Origin: Verrucomicrobia bacterium UBA6775
GTDB lineage: Bacteria > Verrucomicrobiota > Verrucomicrobiia > Limisphaerales > UBA1096
Assembly: GCA_002453165.1 (NCBI GenBank)
Contig: DKGH01000136.1
Location: 1,522 to 57,321 of the forward strand
Length of the DNA stretch: 55,800 bases
Reading direction: 5' to 3'
The first letter of the stretch is position 1. Every line of letters begins with the position of its first letter. Shown here one piece after another: positions 1-8,864 of this stretch. A program made the position numbers and the translations under genes. The notes under the pieces are model-generated. The model was not told the DNA's origin. It did not search any database and saw only the letters and a program-made list of their open reading frames with translations.

Positions 1-360
1 CTGCCCGTTCGTCACGGCGTCGGTGTGGATCGCGATGGTATTGCTGCCGTACTCGAGGTCGTAGCTCTCCTCGTGTGTCTGCCACGGGAGCTTCCCCTTC
101 TTGCGGATCGGCACAAAGCCGACTCCCAACTCGCGCGCCATGGCCGCGCCGAAAATAAACCCACGCGCATCAATGCCGGCGACCACGTCCACTATCTCCG
201 CAGTGTGATCGCCAAGCAGATGGCTGATGCTGCCGTCGAGCAACCGGGCGTTACCCAGCACCGGGGTGATGTCCTTGAATTGAATTCCCTCCTGCGGAAA
301 ATCCGGCACGTTGCGGATCGCCGCCTCCAATTCCTCCAGCGTGACGTCGGTTGAAGCCAT
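1..360 (-). CDS. apt: adenine phosphoribosyltransferase (partial; C-terminus beyond window edge)
   Basis: Own translation of the minus strand from ATG at 360-358: MASTDVTLEELEAAIRNVPDFPQEGIQFKDITPVLGN...VVAGIDARGFIFGAAMARELGVGFVPIRKKGKLP...YDLEYG. This is the typical Apt N-terminal two thirds. It is not in the ORF track because it runs off the window. Confidence 0.85.
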   Translation of the reverse strand, partial: MASTDVTLEELEAAIRNVPDFPQEGIQFKDITPVLGNARLLDGSISHLLGDHTAEIVDVVAGIDARGFIFGAAMARELGVGFVPIRKKGKLPWQTHEESYDLEYGSNTIAIHTDAVTNGQ

Positions 361-373
361 GGCGCAGTCTCCC

Positions 374-387
374 CGCTTGGCCAAGCG
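374..387. repeat. single copy of 14-bp perfect palindrome CGCTTGGCCAAGCG (intergenic, between apt start and sigma-factor 3' end)
   Basis: Exact self-complementary 14-mer read directly from the sequence. It is one of 14 exact copies in the window. Confidence 0.95.
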
Positions 388-462
388 GCGTCGAGACTAT
401 TGCGGGGGTTTTTCCAACTCGTCGATCTTGTGGCGCAGCTTGGCCAAGGCCGCGTTCTGCAG

Positions 463-1425
463 TTACCGCACCCGCTCGCGTGTCACGCCAAACTGTTTGC
501 CAATCTCCTCAAGCGTCGCCGTCTCATTGCCGTCCAGGCCAAAACGCCGGGTAAGGATTTCCACCTCGCGGTCCGGCAGCAACCGGATCAGCACGTGAAG
601 CAAAGTGCTGATGTTGTTATCGACCATTTCGCGATTAGGAATCACCGCTGCTTCATCCGGTACCAGTTCGCCAAGTGAGGTAATGGAATCGGCGCTCAAC
701 GGGGCATCCAGCGATGATGGCCGTCTGGCCACACGGCGCATGAGCGCGACTTTCCTTGGCGCTAGGCCAAGCGCTTGGCTAAGCTCGACATCACTAGGCT
801 CACGCCTCAACTCGTCGAGCAACCGCATCCGTTCGCGACGCATCCGCGCGATTTTTTCGACCAGATGAACCGGCAACCGGATCGTTTTCCCATGATTGGC
901 CAGAGCGCGCTTGATGCCCTGCTTGATCCACCACGAGCTGTACGTCGAAAGTTTCCCGCCCTTCTCCGGATCAAACTGCTCGACCGACTTCATCAGCCCA
1001 ATGTTGCCTTCATTGATGAGATCGGGCAGCGGCAGGCCAAGCCCCTCGTAATCGAGCGCGATCTTCACGACCAGACGCAGGTTCGCGTGGATCATCCGCT
1101 GCCGCGCCTCGTCGTCTCCCTGCCGGATGCGTTTGGCCAGACACACCTCCTCCTCGTGGGTAATGCGGTCGAAATGGCCGATTTCGCGAAAGTAGATTTT
1201 CTCCGCAGTGTGCTCGGTGGCGTCCCTGCAAACCTCCGGCGGGTCGTCCCCCGGACTGAGCGTGCGAGTCGGCGTCTCTGTTCCCAATTTTGGAATGACG
1301 ACCTGGAGCGAGCGGGGAACCGTCGCGTCAACCGACTGAAACGGAATGGACGCCGGGGTGATCCCTCGGCGGACATGCCCATTGCCGGCTTTTACCCTGG
1401 CAGGCCGCTTTACGGGCTTGGCCAT
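463..1425 (-). CDS. RNA polymerase sigma-70 family factor (RpoD/SigA-like); ORF ends at an in-frame TAA inside region 4.2
   Basis: Region 2 motifs are present: [15 protein letters not shown] and [37 protein letters not shown]. Region 4 is [15 protein letters not shown], followed by the stop. The same frame continues LQNAALAKLRHKIDELEKPPQ to a TAG at 397-399. Confidence 0.85.
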   Translation of the reverse strand: MAKPVKRPARVKAGNGHVRRGITPASIPFQSVDATVPRSLQVVIPKLGTETPTRTLSPGDDPPEVCRDATEHTAEKIYFREIGHFDRITHEEEVCLAKRIRQGDDEARQRMIHANLRLVVKIALDYEGLGLPLPDLINEGNIGLMKSVEQFDPEKGGKLSTYSSWWIKQGIKRALANHGKTIRLPVHLVEKIARMRRERMRLLDELRREPSDVELSQALGLAPRKVALMRRVARRPSSLDAPLSADSITSLGELVPDEAAVIPNREMVDNNISTLLHVLIRLLPDREVEILTRRFGLDGNETATLEEIGKQFGVTRERVR

Positions 1426-1511
1426 GTATGAATTCTTCTGCTGTCAAGGCAAGCGCGCAAGAAAAAAACGAAAACACTTGTCAGCGCTTTCAGTATCGTG
1501 GAATCTTGGAC

Positions 1512-3080
1512 ATGGCGGCAGAGCAAAACGCGCAGTCACTCGATTCAGCATTTTACCAGTCAGCGGACACCTTCTTTTCCGGCCAGGCCGGCACCGCGCT
1601 GACCTACGACGACCTCACCCTCGCCACGCTTTACTCTGAGATTTTACCCCGCAACGCCTTGCTCGACACCGAGCTGGCGGACGGCCTGACCCTGCACATC
1701 CCGATGGTCTCGGCCGACATGGACACCGTCACCGAGTCGCGCATGGCCATCGGCATGGCCCTAAACGGCGGGCTTGGCCTAATCCACTACAACATGGCGG
1801 ACAAGCAGCAACTCAAGGAGGTCAGCCGCGTCAAGAACCACATCCACGGCTTGATCCAGGAACCGATCACGGTCGCCCCCGATCAGACCGTCGGCGAGGT
1901 GCTCGAACGGATCGACGCCAAGAGCTACTCCTTCAGCACCTTCCCGGTTGTGGGCGACGACCAAAAACTGGTCGGCCTGCTTTCCGGCAATGTCATCAAG
2001 CCACGGTACGCGTCCAAGAAGATCACGGATGCACTCGTCCCCCGGGACCAGGTTCAGACGATTCAGGAAAAAAAACTGGGAGCCGACCCGATCACGATCG
2101 CCGACCAGTTCTTTACCGAGCATCCCGGCATCAACAAGCTGCTGGTGGTGGACTCGGAGGATCGACTCCGTGGCCTGTTCACCCTGAGCGACATCGAGCG
2201 GATCACTCTTGAGAAGCAGGCGCAGTTTCGCCCAGCCCGGGACGACCAGTTCCGGTTGCTCTGCGGCGCGGCGGTCTCCACACCGCGCACACCGGATGGC
2301 GCGCTTGACCGTGAGCGGATCGAGACGCATGTCGGCGGCTTAGTCGAGCGCGGAGCGGACGTCGTCGCCGTCTCCACGGCCCACGGACACACCAAGGGCG
2401 TCGGCGAGGCGGTCGAGTTGATCCGCACCGCCTATCCCTATTTACAAATCATCGCCGGGAATGTCACCGCAGCAGAAGGGGTTGAATTTCTCGCGGACAA
2501 GGGAGCGAACATCATCAAGATTGGCCAGGGGCCGGGATCGATCTGCACCACCCGCCTCGTGGCCGGAGTCGGTATTCCGCAAATGACCGCGCTTTACGTT
2601 GCCAGTCGCGTCGCCGAAGCCAAGGGAGTCAGCCTCCTTGCCGACGGCGGCATCACCAAGTCGGGCGACATCGTTAAGGCACTGACCCTGGCCAACGGCG
2701 TGATCTGCGGCGGACTGCTCGCCGGCTGTCCCGAGGCGCCCGGCAAGGTGATGGAAATCAGCGGTAAACTCTACAAACAGTACCGGGGCATGGGCAGTCT
2801 CGAGGCGATGAAAGCCGGCTCAGCCGCCCGCTACGGCCACGCGGCCAAGGACGCCGGGCGCAAAGTCGCCGCCGAGGGCATCGAAGCGCTCAAGGAGGTC
2901 TCAGACAATCTCGACCATCTGCTGGCCCAATTAATTGGCGGCATTCAGGCCGGCATGGGCTACCTCGGGGCCCCCTCCCTCCCCGAATTGCGTGAACGGG
3001 CGCGATACATCCGGGTCAGTCCCGCCGGGCAGCGCGAGGCCGCCGCACACGATGTCGTCGAGATGAAAGCCAGCCAGTAG
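1512..3080 (+). CDS. guaB: IMP dehydrogenase (with CBS pair)
   Basis: LTYDDLTL N-terminus, [10 protein letters not shown], the catalytic loop [11 protein letters not shown], and GMGSLEAM. The ORF track starts at 1428; the ATG at 1512 fits the family N-terminus better. Confidence 0.9.
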   Translation: MAAEQNAQSLDSAFYQSADTFFSGQAGTALTYDDLTLATLYSEILPRNALLDTELADGLTLHIPMVSADMDTVTESRMAIGMALNGGLGLIHYNMADKQQLKEVSRVKNHIHGLIQEPITVAPDQTVGEVLERIDAKSYSFSTFPVVGDDQKLVGLLSGNVIKPRYASKKITDALVPRDQVQTIQEKKLGADPITIADQFFTEHPGINKLLVVDSEDRLRGLFTLSDIERITLEKQAQFRPARDDQFRLLCGAAVSTPRTPDGALDRERIETHVGGLVERGADVVAVSTAHGHTKGVGEAVELIRTAYPYLQIIAGNVTAAEGVEFLADKGANIIKIGQGPGSICTTRLVAGVGIPQMTALYVASRVAEAKGVSLLADGGITKSGDIVKALTLANGVICGGLLAGCPEAPGKVMEISGKLYKQYRGMGSLEAMKAGSAARYGHAAKDAGRKVAAEGIEALKEVSDNLDHLLAQLIGGIQAGMGYLGAPSLPELRERARYIRVSPAGQREAAAHDVVEMKASQ

Positions 3081-3146
3081 CCGATCACCGGACATCGCGT
3101 TTTACATGATTGCCAACCGGAATCGGCTTTGGCTAAAGTCGCCGAC

Positions 3147-5027
3147 GTGAAACGGTTTTCATTTCTAGCTTCCCTGTTGCTGGCCGCATGCGTTGTCCTC
3201 AGCCCGAGAGCAGCCGGGCCGGACGACCAGTTTATCCAGGCCTACATCCAGATCACCCAGGCCGACAATTTGGCCAAAAGCGCCCAAAACAGTTCAGCCG
3301 CCGAGAAATATCAGGATGCACTCAACACACTGAAGGCACTCAAGGCCGGCAATCCCGGGTGGAAAACCGGCGTCATCGACTTCCGGATCGACTATGTCAC
3401 CAAAAAACTCAAGGCCCTCAACGTCAGCACCCCGGATACACCGACCGCTCCCAAGCCGGTGGCCAAGCCGGCCGTGTTCGATGCCGAGACCGCGCGACTG
3501 AGAATCAGCGACCTGACCCGCCGACTCGAATCCCTCGAGAACAACCTCACGCTTAAGGACGCCCAACTCAAGGAAGCCCTTTCCGCGGTCCCCTCCGCAG
3601 ACGAAACCAAGCGCTTGGCCAAGCTCGAGAGTGACCTTGCCGGCTTGAAGCAAGAAAACAATTCACTCAAGGCATCCGTCGATACATCAACCGCCCAGTT
3701 GAAGGTCGCGCAGGCGGACTTGGCCAAGGCGCAAGCTAAGGCAACCAAGGCCACCGCCGACATGGCCAAGGCCCAGGCCAAGGCCGACGAGGTCGCACTC
3801 GAATTGTCCAACGCACAGGACCGCATCAAGGCCGCCGAGGCAAACGCCAGCGACAAGGAAATCAAGCGGCTTCAGGAAGCTCTCGCAGAGCGGCAAACCG
3901 AACTCAATGCAGCCAGCAGCGAGTTGACCACAGCCAAAGCCTCCGTTGCCTCCCTTGAGGAAAAACTCAAGTCGTACGACAAGGGCACCGCTGAAAAGGA
4001 TCTCGAGGCAAAAGTGGCCTCGCTGGAAAAACAGCTCAACAAAAGCCAGGGCGAACTGCAGCAGACCACCACCAAACTCAGCGATGCCGCCACTGCAAAC
4101 TCTGACCTCGAAAAAGAAATCAAGTCCCTCGAAAAAGAATCCCGCGAAAAAGAACTCACCAGCTACATCAATTCACTCGAAAAACGCTTAGCCAAGGCTG
4201 AGCGGGCCAATGTGGCATCCGGTAACAACCAGCCAAGAAGCAAGCGCAGTTTCCGGGACATGTTTAATTTCCGGGGCAGAAAGCGTGCCGAGAACGCTCA
4301 GGTCGCCGAGTTGCAAAACCAAGTCAAGACCCTCCGCGCCCGTTTGGAAATACTCGATGCCGAGAAGGTTCCGCTGACTGCGGAAGAACAAGAATTGCTC
4401 ACCGATCCGCAGGTAACGCCCGCCCCGGAAAATACGCTTGAAGCAAGACTCGCCAGCATCCCCGCTGGGCAAGTCGAAAACTTCAAGGCCGGAGAAGCCA
4501 ATCTCTTCAGGGATCATCAGTATGCCGAGGCCGAGGCGAAATTTATGCACGTCCTCAAGCTGGACGAGAATAATCCCCTCACCTTGTCCAATCTGGCTAT
4601 AGCACAGATGGAACAGGAAAAATACGAAGACGCTCAAGCCAGCCTAGATCGGGCACTCCAACAGGATCCGAACGACCCCTACGCGTTGAGGGGAATCGGC
4701 ATGTTGAGTTTTCGTAAAAAGGATTACGAGGCGGCACGGGACAATCTCGCGAGAGCGGTTCAGCTCATTCCGGGCGACGCTGTCACTCAGCATTTTCTCG
4801 GCTCCACCCTCCAGCTACTTGGCCAAGCGAAAGCGGCCGAGACCGCGCTACGCAAAGCCGTCCAACTCGAACCGGGACACGCCAAGTCGCACTTCAACCT
4901 CGCTGTGGTTTACGCCACCCAAAAACCACCGTTCGTCGCCTTGGCCAAGTTCCACTACAACAAGGCTCTCCAGGCGGGACACCCGAAAGACGATGCGTTG
5001 GACAAACGCATCAATGGGGAGAATTGA
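3147..5027 (+). CDS. secreted coiled-coil / TPR-repeat protein
   Basis: Signal-peptide-like start (GTG 3147: MKRFSFLASLLLAACVVLS). A long Ala/Lys/Glu-rich heptad-like region follows. The C-terminus has TPR-like repeats (AEAKFMHVLKLDENNP, ALQQDPNDPYALRGIG, AVQLEPGHAKSHFNLAVVY). Confidence 0.7.
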   Translation: MKRFSFLASLLLAACVVLSPRAAGPDDQFIQAYIQITQADNLAKSAQNSSAAEKYQDALNTLKALKAGNPGWKTGVIDFRIDYVTKKLKALNVSTPDTPTAPKPVAKPAVFDAETARLRISDLTRRLESLENNLTLKDAQLKEALSAVPSADETKRLAKLESDLAGLKQENNSLKASVDTSTAQLKVAQADLAKAQAKATKATADMAKAQAKADEVALELSNAQDRIKAAEANASDKEIKRLQEALAERQTELNAASSELTTAKASVASLEEKLKSYDKGTAEKDLEAKVASLEKQLNKSQGELQQTTTKLSDAATANSDLEKEIKSLEKESREKELTSYINSLEKRLAKAERANVASGNNQPRSKRSFRDMFNFRGRKRAENAQVAELQNQVKTLRARLEILDAEKVPLTAEEQELLTDPQVTPAPENTLEARLASIPAGQVENFKAGEANLFRDHQYAEAEAKFMHVLKLDENNPLTLSNLAIAQMEQEKYEDAQASLDRALQQDPNDPYALRGIGMLSFRKKDYEAARDNLARAVQLIPGDAVTQHFLGSTLQLLGQAKAAETALRKAVQLEPGHAKSHFNLAVVYATQKPPFVALAKFHYNKALQAGHPKDDALDKRINGEN

Positions 5028-5030
5028 CTC

Positions 5031-5453
5031 ATGATCGGGCAGTACGCCCACGAACTGAACATCCCAACCCGCGGACGCGCCTTTTACGAAATCACGCGGG
5101 ATGTCGATGACCACGTGGCTGCGGCTGGCTTTAAAACCGGGCTCGTCACCCTGCACGTCCGACACACCTCAGCATCGCTGTTGATTCAGGAGAACGCTGA
5201 CCCAAGCGTCCGCACCGACCTCGAGTCGATCTTCTCCCGTCTGGCCCCCGATGCCGACCCGGTTTACGAACACAACTACGAGGGCGACGACGACATGGCG
5301 GCCCACGTCCGCACTGCGCTAACGAATGTCAACCTGAGCGTACCCATCTCCGGAGGCTCCATGGTTCTAGGTACCTGGCAAGGCATCTACCTCTGGGAAC
5401 ACCGCACCCACCCGCACTCCCGCCGCATCCACCTCCACATCACCGGAGAATAA
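5031..5453 (+). CDS. YjbQ/UPF0047 family secondary thiamine-phosphate synthase-like protein
   Basis: HTSASLLIQENADPSV...HNYEGDDDMAAHVRTAL...GTWQGIYLWEHR matches the conserved UPF0047 signature. Confidence 0.85.
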   Translation: MIGQYAHELNIPTRGRAFYEITRDVDDHVAAAGFKTGLVTLHVRHTSASLLIQENADPSVRTDLESIFSRLAPDADPVYEHNYEGDDDMAAHVRTALTNVNLSVPISGGSMVLGTWQGIYLWEHRTHPHSRRIHLHITGE

Positions 5454-5492
5454 ACTGTTGACGCCTCAGCCGGCAGTCGGCTCAATCGGTGC

Positions 5493-6932
5493 ATGGCGAA
5501 CTCTGTTTCTTTTCTCCGTCGTATTGTCTTTGTAGCCGGTGCATTTGCGCTTGGCCAAGCGGCTGTTCAGGCCGACGTCAAACTCCCCTCCGTCTTTGGC
5601 GACCACATGGTCTTACAGCAGGGCCAAAGGCTCCCGGTCTGGGGTTGGGCCGAGCCCGGAGAGGCAGTGACCGTGGCCGTAGCCGGACAAACCAAGTCAA
5701 CCAAGGCCAACAAGAAAGGCGCTTGGCAGGTACGACTCAAGCCTCTCAAGGCCAGCAAGACTCCCGTCCCCTTTTCGGTGAAAGGCAAAAACACGATCGA
5801 GTACAAGGACGTGCTAGTCGGTGAGGTGTGGCTCTGCTCCGGTCAATCCAACATGGAATGGCGCGTCTCACAATCGGCCAACCCGCAGGAGGAGATTGCC
5901 AATGGCAAGCATCCTCTGATTCGTCACATCAAGGTTCCCCATCGCCCCTCCGACAAACCGGAGCGGGACGTCACTCCCCAGCGCGGAGGTTGGGAGGTGG
6001 CCAGCCCGGACACCGTCGCGAACTTCACTGCCGTCGGCTACTACTTCGCCCGCCACCTGAAGGGCGAACTCGACGTGCCGATCGGCCTGCTTGGCTCAAA
6101 CTGGGGTGGCACGCGCATCGAGCCGTGGACACCTCCCGCTGGATTCAAGTCCGTCCCCGCCCTGAAAGACATCGCCGAAAACCTCAAGGATTACCCGAAG
6201 AAAGGCGGCAACGGGAACATTCAACACCAGTCCGCGCTCGCGCTTTACAACGGCATGATCTCCCCGCTGAAACCGTACGGCATCCGAGGCGCAATCTGGT
6301 ATCAGGGCGAATCCAACAACGGCGAGGGCATGCTCTATTACGAGAAGAAAAAAGCCCTTATCAACGGCTGGCGCAGCGTCTGGAAAAACAAGAAGCTGCC
6401 GTTTTATTTCGTGCAGCTCGCGCCGTTCAAGTACGGCAACCGCAATCCGCACGATCTCGCCGGCATTTGGCAGGCACAACTCAGTGCTCTCGACATCCCG
6501 CACACCGGCATGGCTGTGACCACCGACATCAGCAACACCCGCGACATTCATCCGAAGAACAAGCAGGAAGTCGGACGCCGCCTTGCACTCTGGGCGCTCG
6601 CAAAGAATTACGGCAAGAAGGACCTCGTTTACTCCGGCCCGTTGTTCAAGTCGTTCAAGGAAAAGGACCGCCGCATCATCGTCAAGTTCGACCACGGCAA
6701 GGGCATCAAGTCCAGCAACGACAAGCCGCTCACTCACTTTGAACTACAGGGACCGGACGGCAAATGGTTCCCGGCCGGCGCCAACATCCACGAGGACGAA
6801 TTGATCGTCTCCAGTAAGGCGGTCCGCGAACCGAAAAACGTCCGCTTCGGATGGAACCAGGAGGCGGAACCGAATCTGGTCAACGGAGCCGGTCTACCGG
6901 CCTCGCCGTTCACCACTGAGAATATCAAGTAA
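5493..6932 (+). CDS. sialate O-acetylesterase-like SGNH/DUF303 hydrolase, secreted
   Basis: Signal peptide ending in ALGQAAVQA. The VWLCSGQSNMEW catalytic serine block and the GAIWYQGESN block are both present. Confidence 0.8.
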   Translation: MANSVSFLRRIVFVAGAFALGQAAVQADVKLPSVFGDHMVLQQGQRLPVWGWAEPGEAVTVAVAGQTKSTKANKKGAWQVRLKPLKASKTPVPFSVKGKNTIEYKDVLVGEVWLCSGQSNMEWRVSQSANPQEEIANGKHPLIRHIKVPHRPSDKPERDVTPQRGGWEVASPDTVANFTAVGYYFARHLKGELDVPIGLLGSNWGGTRIEPWTPPAGFKSVPALKDIAENLKDYPKKGGNGNIQHQSALALYNGMISPLKPYGIRGAIWYQGESNNGEGMLYYEKKKALINGWRSVWKNKKLPFYFVQLAPFKYGNRNPHDLAGIWQAQLSALDIPHTGMAVTTDISNTRDIHPKNKQEVGRRLALWALAKNYGKKDLVYSGPLFKSFKEKDRRIIVKFDHGKGIKSSNDKPLTHFELQGPDGKWFPAGANIHEDELIVSSKAVREPKNVRFGWNQEAEPNLVNGAGLPASPFTTENIK

Positions 6933-6933
6933 C

Positions 6934-6958
6934 CGCTTGGCCAAGCGCTTGGCCAAGC
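6934..6958. repeat. tandem dimer of the palindrome (CGCTTGGCCAAGCGCTTGGCCAAGC), 1 nt after the stop codon
   Basis: The TAA stop of the esterase gene is at 6930-6932. The 25-mer is almost perfectly self-complementary: GCTTGGCCAA GCGC TTGGCCAAGC gives a 10-bp stem with a 4-nt loop. Confidence 0.95.
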
Positions 6959-6962
6959 CGCC

Positions 6963-8069
6963 ATGAGCGCAGTCTCAAACCAACTTCGCAGGGCCGGTGC
7001 CATTTTTGGCACGGCCCTGTTTCTTTTGGCCGCAGCTCCGCTTGGCCAGGCGGATCAAAACACCGCTCCGGATTTCAAGATTCGCGAAGGTAAAAATGGG
7101 CGTCTGCCCAAGCTTAACACCGCCCTCCCGAGGTACGTTCAAGTTTTCGGGCTGTTCATTCACGCCACCAGCCGTGTACCGGAGGCCAAACTGCTCCACG
7201 CCGCCGACATCGCCGCCGATTTTCTGGACAACAATCGCGACGGGAAACCGGACAATCCGGAGGTAAACGACACGCTCTGGAGCGAACGCTCGGCCGTCGT
7301 CATGGGCTACAATGAACGTGAACTGGATCGGCTCCATGACCGACTGGACGATCAGGTTGATGACTACGCACTGCAGGGACTTTTCGCCACCGAGACGCTG
7401 CCCAAGGGCGGGCCGCACAATGCAAACTCCTCCGAGTTCGATGCCTCGATTGAGGAAATTCTTCACATCATTACCTCCATCGGTTATGCCGAGACTTACC
7501 CGGACGTGTTCGGCGAACGGCGCGGCTCTGAACTGGCCAAGGCGATGGACGTCGCGCGGGGCGGCTACTTTCGATCCGTCCCCCGCCGATATCCCGCCGG
7601 GGCGTGGTACTCGTACGATGATCGCACCTGCGACTACGGCTGTCAGGTGACCGAGTACGTTTACTGGTCGCTGACCAGTATGCTCGACGGGCAGGACTTC
7701 CGGAACCGCGGCCGCGACATCAGCCACGAGTGGAAACTCAACACGCCGGAAAAACTCCGCGCCAAGGACAAGGCCGTCGTCAAGATCCTGACCGATCCGA
7801 AATACAAGCTCCCCACACGTCTTCCCGATGGCAAATATCAGCAGGCCAGGAAACTTTCCTCCGTAAAACTGAACGCCTCACCCGGAACCGACAGCATCAC
7901 GCTCACCGCGAAATTCCCGCCGGACACCATCGTCCGATTGGAAAAAAGCCACGACCTCCAACAATGGATCGTGGCCCAAAATATTGACGACCACGACGGA
8001 ACAGTCAGCCTGCCCATGGACGCACGCGCATCGCAGGCACAGTTTTTCCGTCTGCGCTTCAGCGAATAG
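6963..8069 (+). CDS. hypothetical secreted protein
   Basis: A 368-aa ORF with a signal peptide (ALFLLAAAPLGQADQ). I recognise no family. Coding-like composition and tight spacing to its neighbours support it. Confidence 0.6.
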   Translation: MSAVSNQLRRAGAIFGTALFLLAAAPLGQADQNTAPDFKIREGKNGRLPKLNTALPRYVQVFGLFIHATSRVPEAKLLHAADIAADFLDNNRDGKPDNPEVNDTLWSERSAVVMGYNERELDRLHDRLDDQVDDYALQGLFATETLPKGGPHNANSSEFDASIEEILHIITSIGYAETYPDVFGERRGSELAKAMDVARGGYFRSVPRRYPAGAWYSYDDRTCDYGCQVTEYVYWSLTSMLDGQDFRNRGRDISHEWKLNTPEKLRAKDKAVVKILTDPKYKLPTRLPDGKYQQARKLSSVKLNASPGTDSITLTAKFPPDTIVRLEKSHDLQQWIVAQNIDDHDGTVSLPMDARASQAQFFRLRFSE

Positions 8070-8080
8070 ACGCCCACTCC

Positions 8081-8863
8081 ATGCGGCTGTTCGACGCTCA
8101 CAATCATTTACAGGACAACCGCTTCCCCGACGACACCGCTTCGATGCTCGCCGAATGCACGGAGGCCGGGCTGGTTCGAATGGTCGTCAACGGAACCCGC
8201 GAATCGGACTGGGACATGGTGGCCCAACTGGCCGGGCAACATCCGCAGGTCATACCCAGTTTTGGTCTGCACCCATGGTTTGTCCCCGAACGCTCCACGG
8301 ACTGGCTGTCCAGGCTCGAGCAACTGCTCGACGCTTGGCCAAGTGCGGTTGGCGAGATCGGGCTCGATCGATGGAAACCCGGACTACCCTACGACGAGCA
8401 GGAGGAGGTTTTTCTCGCGCAGTTGAGCCTCGCCGCCAGGCGCTATCTTCCCGTCAGCATACATTGCCTCAAGTCTTGGGGACGGCTCCTCGAGTTGCTC
8501 CGGGAAAACCGGACACCGGATCGTGGATTTCTGCTCCACAGCTACGGCGGCCCGGCTGAGATGGTCGAGCCGTTGGCCAAGTTGGGCGCCTACTTTGGCT
8601 TTCCCGGGTACTTTGCCCATGAGCGAAAAAAACGGCAGCACGAGGTGTTCCGGCGTGTGCCCGCCGACCGGCTGCTGATCGAGACCGATGCCCCCGACCA
8701 GACGCTGCCGGAAAACCGTGTCACCCATCCGCTTGGCCAAGGGCTCAATCACCCGGCGAATATCGCCGCCGTTTATGAGGCCGCCGCCGAGGCGCTTGGC
8801 CAAGCGCCCGAGTCACTAGCCGAACAGGCGGAGGAAAATTTTCTTCGGTTTTTTGGTGAATGA
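8081..8863 (+). CDS. TatD family metal-dependent hydrolase/DNase
   Basis: The N-terminal MRLFDAHNHL metal-binding motif, GEIGLD, SIHC and LLIETDAPD blocks are present. Confidence 0.85.
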   Translation: MRLFDAHNHLQDNRFPDDTASMLAECTEAGLVRMVVNGTRESDWDMVAQLAGQHPQVIPSFGLHPWFVPERSTDWLSRLEQLLDAWPSAVGEIGLDRWKPGLPYDEQEEVFLAQLSLAARRYLPVSIHCLKSWGRLLELLRENRTPDRGFLLHSYGGPAEMVEPLAKLGAYFGFPGYFAHERKKRQHEVFRRVPADRLLIETDAPDQTLPENRVTHPLGQGLNHPANIAAVYEAAAEALGQAPESLAEQAEENFLRFFGE

Positions 8864-8864
8864 C

